NCBI GenBank assembly: GCA_902783135.1
Contig: CACZPY010000336.1
Span: 1 to 47,458, forward strand
Source: an uncultured bacterium
GTDB taxonomy: Bacteria > Verrucomicrobiota > Lentisphaeria > Victivallales > Victivallaceae
Reading direction: 5' to 3'
Length of the DNA: 47,458 bases
This document shows, in pieces, positions 44,196-47,458 of the stretch. The translations under genes and the position numbers were made by a program. Positions within the stretch are counted from its first letter, which is position 1; each line of letters opens with the position of its first letter. The notes under the pieces were generated by a model. That model had not been told where the DNA came from and ran no database searches. It saw only the letters and a program-made list of their open reading frames with translations.

Positions 44196-45676
44196 CGGAC
44201 AAAAAGCAAACCGCGGTCGTCGGCTCCGGCGCCGGCGGTCTGACCCTTGCGCTGCTGCTCGCCCGCGCGGGCCGCAGGGTCACGCTGATCGAAAGCCAAC
44301 CGGAGATCGGCGGCTATCTGCGGCGGTTCACGAGAAACGGCGTTCGCTTCGATACCGGCTACCACTTTTCCGGCGGCTACACCAACATCATGCCGCAGAT
44401 GATGCGGGTGCTGGGCATGGACGATGCCGCGCGCGCCGACGCCATAGCCAACCGTATCGTACTGCGGCAGAGCGGCGACGATCTGACCGTCCCCGCCCGC
44501 TGCGGATACCGCGGCGCCGAAGAAGCGTTCTGCAGGCACTTCCCCGGCGACGCCGCGGCGCTGCACCGGCTGTTCGAAGCGCTCCGGGAGATATGGCGGG
44601 ATACGCCGATGCGCGATTTGAGCGATATCACGCCGCCGAAATTGGAGATCTCACGTTACGACATGATCACGGTCCGGGATTTCTGCGACTCCATCGCTCT
44701 CAGGTCGACGGCGTCCGCTGCTGCGGGCAGCGTTGCGATGTGCCACGGATCGCTGCCCTGCGAAGCGACGATGACCTTCCACGCCCGCGTGGCTTTTGCG
44801 CTCTACGACGATCTCGCGCGTCCCTTCGGCGGCGGCGATCCGATTATCGCCGCCTTCAAGCGCGAAGCGGCGAAACTCGGCATCACGATCCGCACCGGGA
44901 CGTCGCTGCGGCGTTTCGACGATATGGACGGCAACGGCGAGTGCCATTTGGCGCACTTGAGCGACGGGACCGATCTCGAAGTGGATCAGGTGTTTTTCGC
45001 CGTTCACCCGCTCGCGGTGCAGGACGTTCTGCCGGAACGGGCGTTCACTCCGTCGCTGTGCCGCCGTCTCCGGCGGCAGCAGGATTCGACGAGTTTCTTC
45101 TGCTCGTACTACACGGTGGACGACGAAGCGGAACTGACTCCGGGACTGGTCTCGCTGCTTTCGCACAACGATATAGACGCCATATTGCGGGGAGAAAACG
45201 CCTACAGCACCGGCTATCTGCTCGGGCGCGAAGCCGATGCGCAGGGGCGGATGCGCTCCACGGTGGCGGCGTTCCGCACCATGCCGCCGGGCGTTCCGGA
45301 GGCTCCGGCGACCCGCGCCGGACGGCGGGACGACCGGCGCTATCAGGAGTTCAAGGCGCGCATCACGGAGGAGATCGCCGACGATCTCACGCAGATCTGC
45401 CCCGAACTCAGGGGGCGTCTGCACCCAGCGGCGGCGGGGACCCCGCTCACCTGCCGCGACTACGATCCGCCGACGGGCAGCGCCTACGGGGTGCGCAACA
45501 TCTGCGGGCAGTCGCGGCTCTGCGGGCGGCTGCCGGTGCGCAACTTCTTCATAGCGGGGCACAGTGCGCTCGTGCCCGGAGTGATGGGCACGATGCTGGC
45601 CTCGTTCACCGTATTCCGCTTCGCCCTCGGCGAGGAGGTCTACCGCCGGCTGATCCGGGAGGCGGGATTGGTCTGA
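44192..45676 (+). CDS. FAD/NAD(P)-dependent oxidoreductase, phytoene-desaturase (CrtI)-like family
   Basis: 494 aa. It has the N-terminal dinucleotide fold VVGSGAGGLTLALLLARAGRRVTLIES..IGG and a C-terminal ..FFIAGHSALVPGVMGTM.. FAD-binding-like motif. ATGA overlap with fabG. Confidence 0.7.
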   Translation: MTDKKQTAVVGSGAGGLTLALLLARAGRRVTLIESQPEIGGYLRRFTRNGVRFDTGYHFSGGYTNIMPQMMRVLGMDDAARADAIANRIVLRQSGDDLTVPARCGYRGAEEAFCRHFPGDAAALHRLFEALREIWRDTPMRDLSDITPPKLEISRYDMITVRDFCDSIALRSTASAAAGSVAMCHGSLPCEATMTFHARVAFALYDDLARPFGGGDPIIAAFKREAAKLGITIRTGTSLRRFDDMDGNGECHLAHLSDGTDLEVDQVFFAVHPLAVQDVLPERAFTPSLCRRLRRQQDSTSFFCSYYTVDDEAELTPGLVSLLSHNDIDAILRGENAYSTGYLLGREADAQGRMRSTVAAFRTMPPGVPEAPATRAGRRDDRRYQEFKARITEEIADDLTQICPELRGRLHPAAAGTPLTCRDYDPPTGSAYGVRNICGQSRLCGRLPVRNFFIAGHSALVPGVMGTMLASFTVFRFALGEEVYRRLIREAGLV

Positions 45677-45689
45677 GCCCGTGCGGGGA

Positions 45690-45986
45690 TCACTCCTCGA
45701 AATCCAGGCACAGCCGCGTTTTGGTGAAGGGGCGGACCTTCGTGTCGGCGACCCTGACGTGTTCGGGGTGGACGGCGTAGCCCTTGAGCGACGCCGCGTC
45801 GGCGAAGGAGGAATCCAGCATCACGTCGGCGTTGGAACTCGTCAGACCTTCCGTGCGGACACGGATGTCGAGCAAACCGGGGATGCGCCCCTTCAGACCT
45901 TCCAATCCCGCCTTGATCCCCGCCTTGACCGCCGCTTTGTCCGCGACGTCTTCCTTGAGCTGCCACAATATTATGTGCTTTACCAT
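45690..45986 (-). CDS. Dabb-family (stress-responsive A/B barrel) protein
   Basis: 98 aa from MVKHIILWQLKED.. and ..GYAVHPEHVRV.. are typical Dabb motifs. It is convergent with the lipid cluster. Confidence 0.8.
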   Translation of the reverse strand: MVKHIILWQLKEDVADKAAVKAGIKAGLEGLKGRIPGLLDIRVRTEGLTSSNADVMLDSSFADAASLKGYAVHPEHVRVADTKVRPFTKTRLCLDFEE

Positions 45987-46185
45987 TTTTCCCGTACCGT
46001 TTATGATTCGTTTCAGATCCGCCGCCGTCCGCGACGCCGGAGGCACGACGAAAAATACCACCGGAGCGCCGCAAAGTCAAGCCGCGGACGACGGATTTGC
46101 CGCTCCCCCGAATTGCATTTGCGCGCCGTCAATGATATTTTAATTAATAAGGAACATCATCGGCAGATCGAATATCCGGAGCACT

Positions 46186-47458
46186 ATGAAGAAGGAACGT
46201 TTTACCGGGAAAGTGGGTTATGTCCTCGCGGCGGCGGGCTCCGCCGTGGGACTCGGCAACATCTGGCGTTTTCCGTACCTCACGGCGAAGTACGGCGGCG
46301 GGATCTTTCTGCTGACCTATCTGATGTTGGCGCTGACCTTCGGCTACGCGCTGCTGATCGCCGAGAACACCATCGGTCGCATGACCGGCAAGGGTCCGAT
46401 CGGAGCCTTCCGCGACCTCTGCGAAGGCAAAAAATCATTCTTGGGATCGCTGCGGATCGGCGGCTACATCAACTCGCTCGTCCCGTTGATCATCGTCCCC
46501 TATTACTGCGTGATCGGCGGCTGGATCACCAAGTACGTCGTGATGATGCTGACCACCGACGTTTCCGCTTTCCGCAAGGAACTGCCCGCGGCGTCGCAGC
46601 AGTATTTCACGGAGTTCATCTCGTCGACGTGGTCGCCGCTCGGGTATTTCGCGATCTTCGTCGCGCTGATGGTGGCGGTGATCGCCTTCGGCGTGCGCCG
46701 GGGGGTGGAGCGCTTCAACAAGATACTGATGCCCGTGCTGCTGGTGCTGATCCTCGCCCTGAGCGTCTACTGCGCCTTCCTGCCCGATGCCGGCGACGGC
46801 TTCCGCTACTATCTGACGCCGGACTGGTCCAAGTTCGGCTACATGACGGTCGTCGCGGCGATGGGGCAATTGTTCTTCTCGCTGTCGATCGCGATGGGGA
46901 TCATGATCACCTACGGCTCCTACATGCGCCGCCGCGACGACCTCGTATCCAACGTGAATCAGGTCGAGCTGTTCGATACCGCCGTGGCGTTCATTTCCGG
47001 ACTCATGATCATCCCGGCGGTCGTCGCCTTCGGAGGACGCCAGGCCGCCGAAAACGCCGGGGTCGGATTGGTGTTCATCACGATGCCGCAGGTCTTTGCG
47101 AACTTCCCCGGCGGGCAGTTGATCGGCGCGGCGTTCTTCTTCTTCGTGCTCTTCGCGGCGGCGACCTCGGCGCTGTCGCTGCTGGAGACCAATGTGCAGA
47201 CCATCAGTCAGGAACTCCATATCAGCCGCACCAGATCGATCGTGATCGGCGTGGTCGAGATCCTCGCCGTGGGCAGCATCACCATCCTCGGGTACAGCGT
47301 CTTCAAGAAGGTCCGCCCGCTCGGATTCATCGCCGCCTGCCGCGACATGGACATCCTCGACTCGCTGGACTTCATCAGCAACAGCGTGATGATGCCGATC
47401 GGAGCGATCTTCACCACGATGCTGGTCGTCGCCGTCATCGGTCTGGAACGCTTTTCCA
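46186..47458 (+). CDS. Sodium-dependent transporter, SNF/NSS family (runs off the right window edge)
   Basis: Absent from the ORF track (no stop in the window). My translation from ATG 46186: MKKERFTGKVGYVLAAAGSAVGLGNIWRFPYLTAKYGGGIFLLTYL... GLGNIWRFPY is the NSS signature. An in-frame TAA lies at 46141. Confidence 0.85.
   Translation, partial: MKKERFTGKVGYVLAAAGSAVGLGNIWRFPYLTAKYGGGIFLLTYLMLALTFGYALLIAENTIGRMTGKGPIGAFRDLCEGKKSFLGSLRIGGYINSLVPLIIVPYYCVIGGWITKYVVMMLTTDVSAFRKELPAASQQYFTEFISSTWSPLGYFAIFVALMVAVIAFGVRRGVERFNKILMPVLLVLILALSVYCAFLPDAGDGFRYYLTPDWSKFGYMTVVAAMGQLFFSLSIAMGIMITYGSYMRRRDDLVSNVNQVELFDTAVAFISGLMIIPAVVAFGGRQAAENAGVGLVFITMPQVFANFPGGQLIGAAFFFFVLFAAATSALSLLETNVQTISQELHISRTRSIVIGVVEILAVGSITILGYSVFKKVRPLGFIAACRDMDILDSLDFISNSVMMPIGAIFTTMLVVAVIGLERFS

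Noticed and set aside
25486-45676. Naming the cluster a flexirubin, xanthomonadin or ladderane cluster
   Set aside because: It lacks DarA/DarB and TAL (flexirubin) and halogenase/XanB2-type genes (xanthomonadin). The ladderane link is only an analogy of enzyme classes. Only 'Ape-type architecture, product unknown' is supportable.
1-47458. Search for CRISPR arrays, tRNA/rRNA genes, IS elements, integrases, prophage or toxin-antitoxin/defence modules
   Set aside because: No regularly spaced repeats and no cloverleaf-sized structured intergenic segments were seen; intergenic gaps are short. No transposase or integrase-like ORF was seen. This was a visual inspection only. tRNAscan-SE, Infernal and ISfinder would be the formal check.

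Overview
Densely coding, visibly high-GC (not computed) chromosomal window from a diderm-type bacterium. I recognised no rRNA, tRNA, CRISPR array, transposase or integrase. There are three blocks. (1) 1-21.6 kb is one long minus-strand Wzx/Wzy-type surface-polysaccharide operon of about 20 genes. It is headed by a NusG/RfaH-type antiterminator paralog. It carries a UDP-HexNAc 6-dehydrogenase plus 4-epimerase pair, gmd/fcl, and a visibly AT-richer wzx-GT2-wzy cassette. It also holds a trio of alpha/alpha-toroid, DUF362 and alpha/alpha-barrel genes, three more glycosyltransferases, and a CapA-like, CapK/PaaK-like ligase and alanine racemase trio. A doubly frameshifted GT paralog and a truncated bi-domain oxidoreductase lie at the left end. 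(2) 21.9-25.2 kb is a four-gene minus-strand set (xylose-isomerase-like TIM barrel, amidohydrolase, amidohydrolase, TIM barrel) ending in a clean intrinsic terminator. (3) 25.5-45.7 kb is a plus-strand, translationally coupled type II FAS/PKS-like lipid cluster with aryl-polyene (Ape)-type architecture. It contains four active ketosynthases, CLF-like partners, two ACPs, a PaaK-type adenylating enzyme, FabZ-type and COG4706-type dehydratases, a thioesterase, FabG, two lipid acyltransferases and a GT2-DUF2062. A LolA-like protein and an MMPL exporter provide export. The cluster has non-canonical features: a radical SAM/SPASM enzyme fused to the hotdog dehydratase, an MMPL exporter reading in frame into a lipobox-bearing domain, a KS::CLF fusion, and a terminal CrtI-like flavoenzyme. 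This third block is the best candidate for an undescribed system. The right flank holds a Dabb-family gene and a truncated SNF-family sodium symporter. Most long ORFs antisense to these genes are high-GC shadow ORFs.
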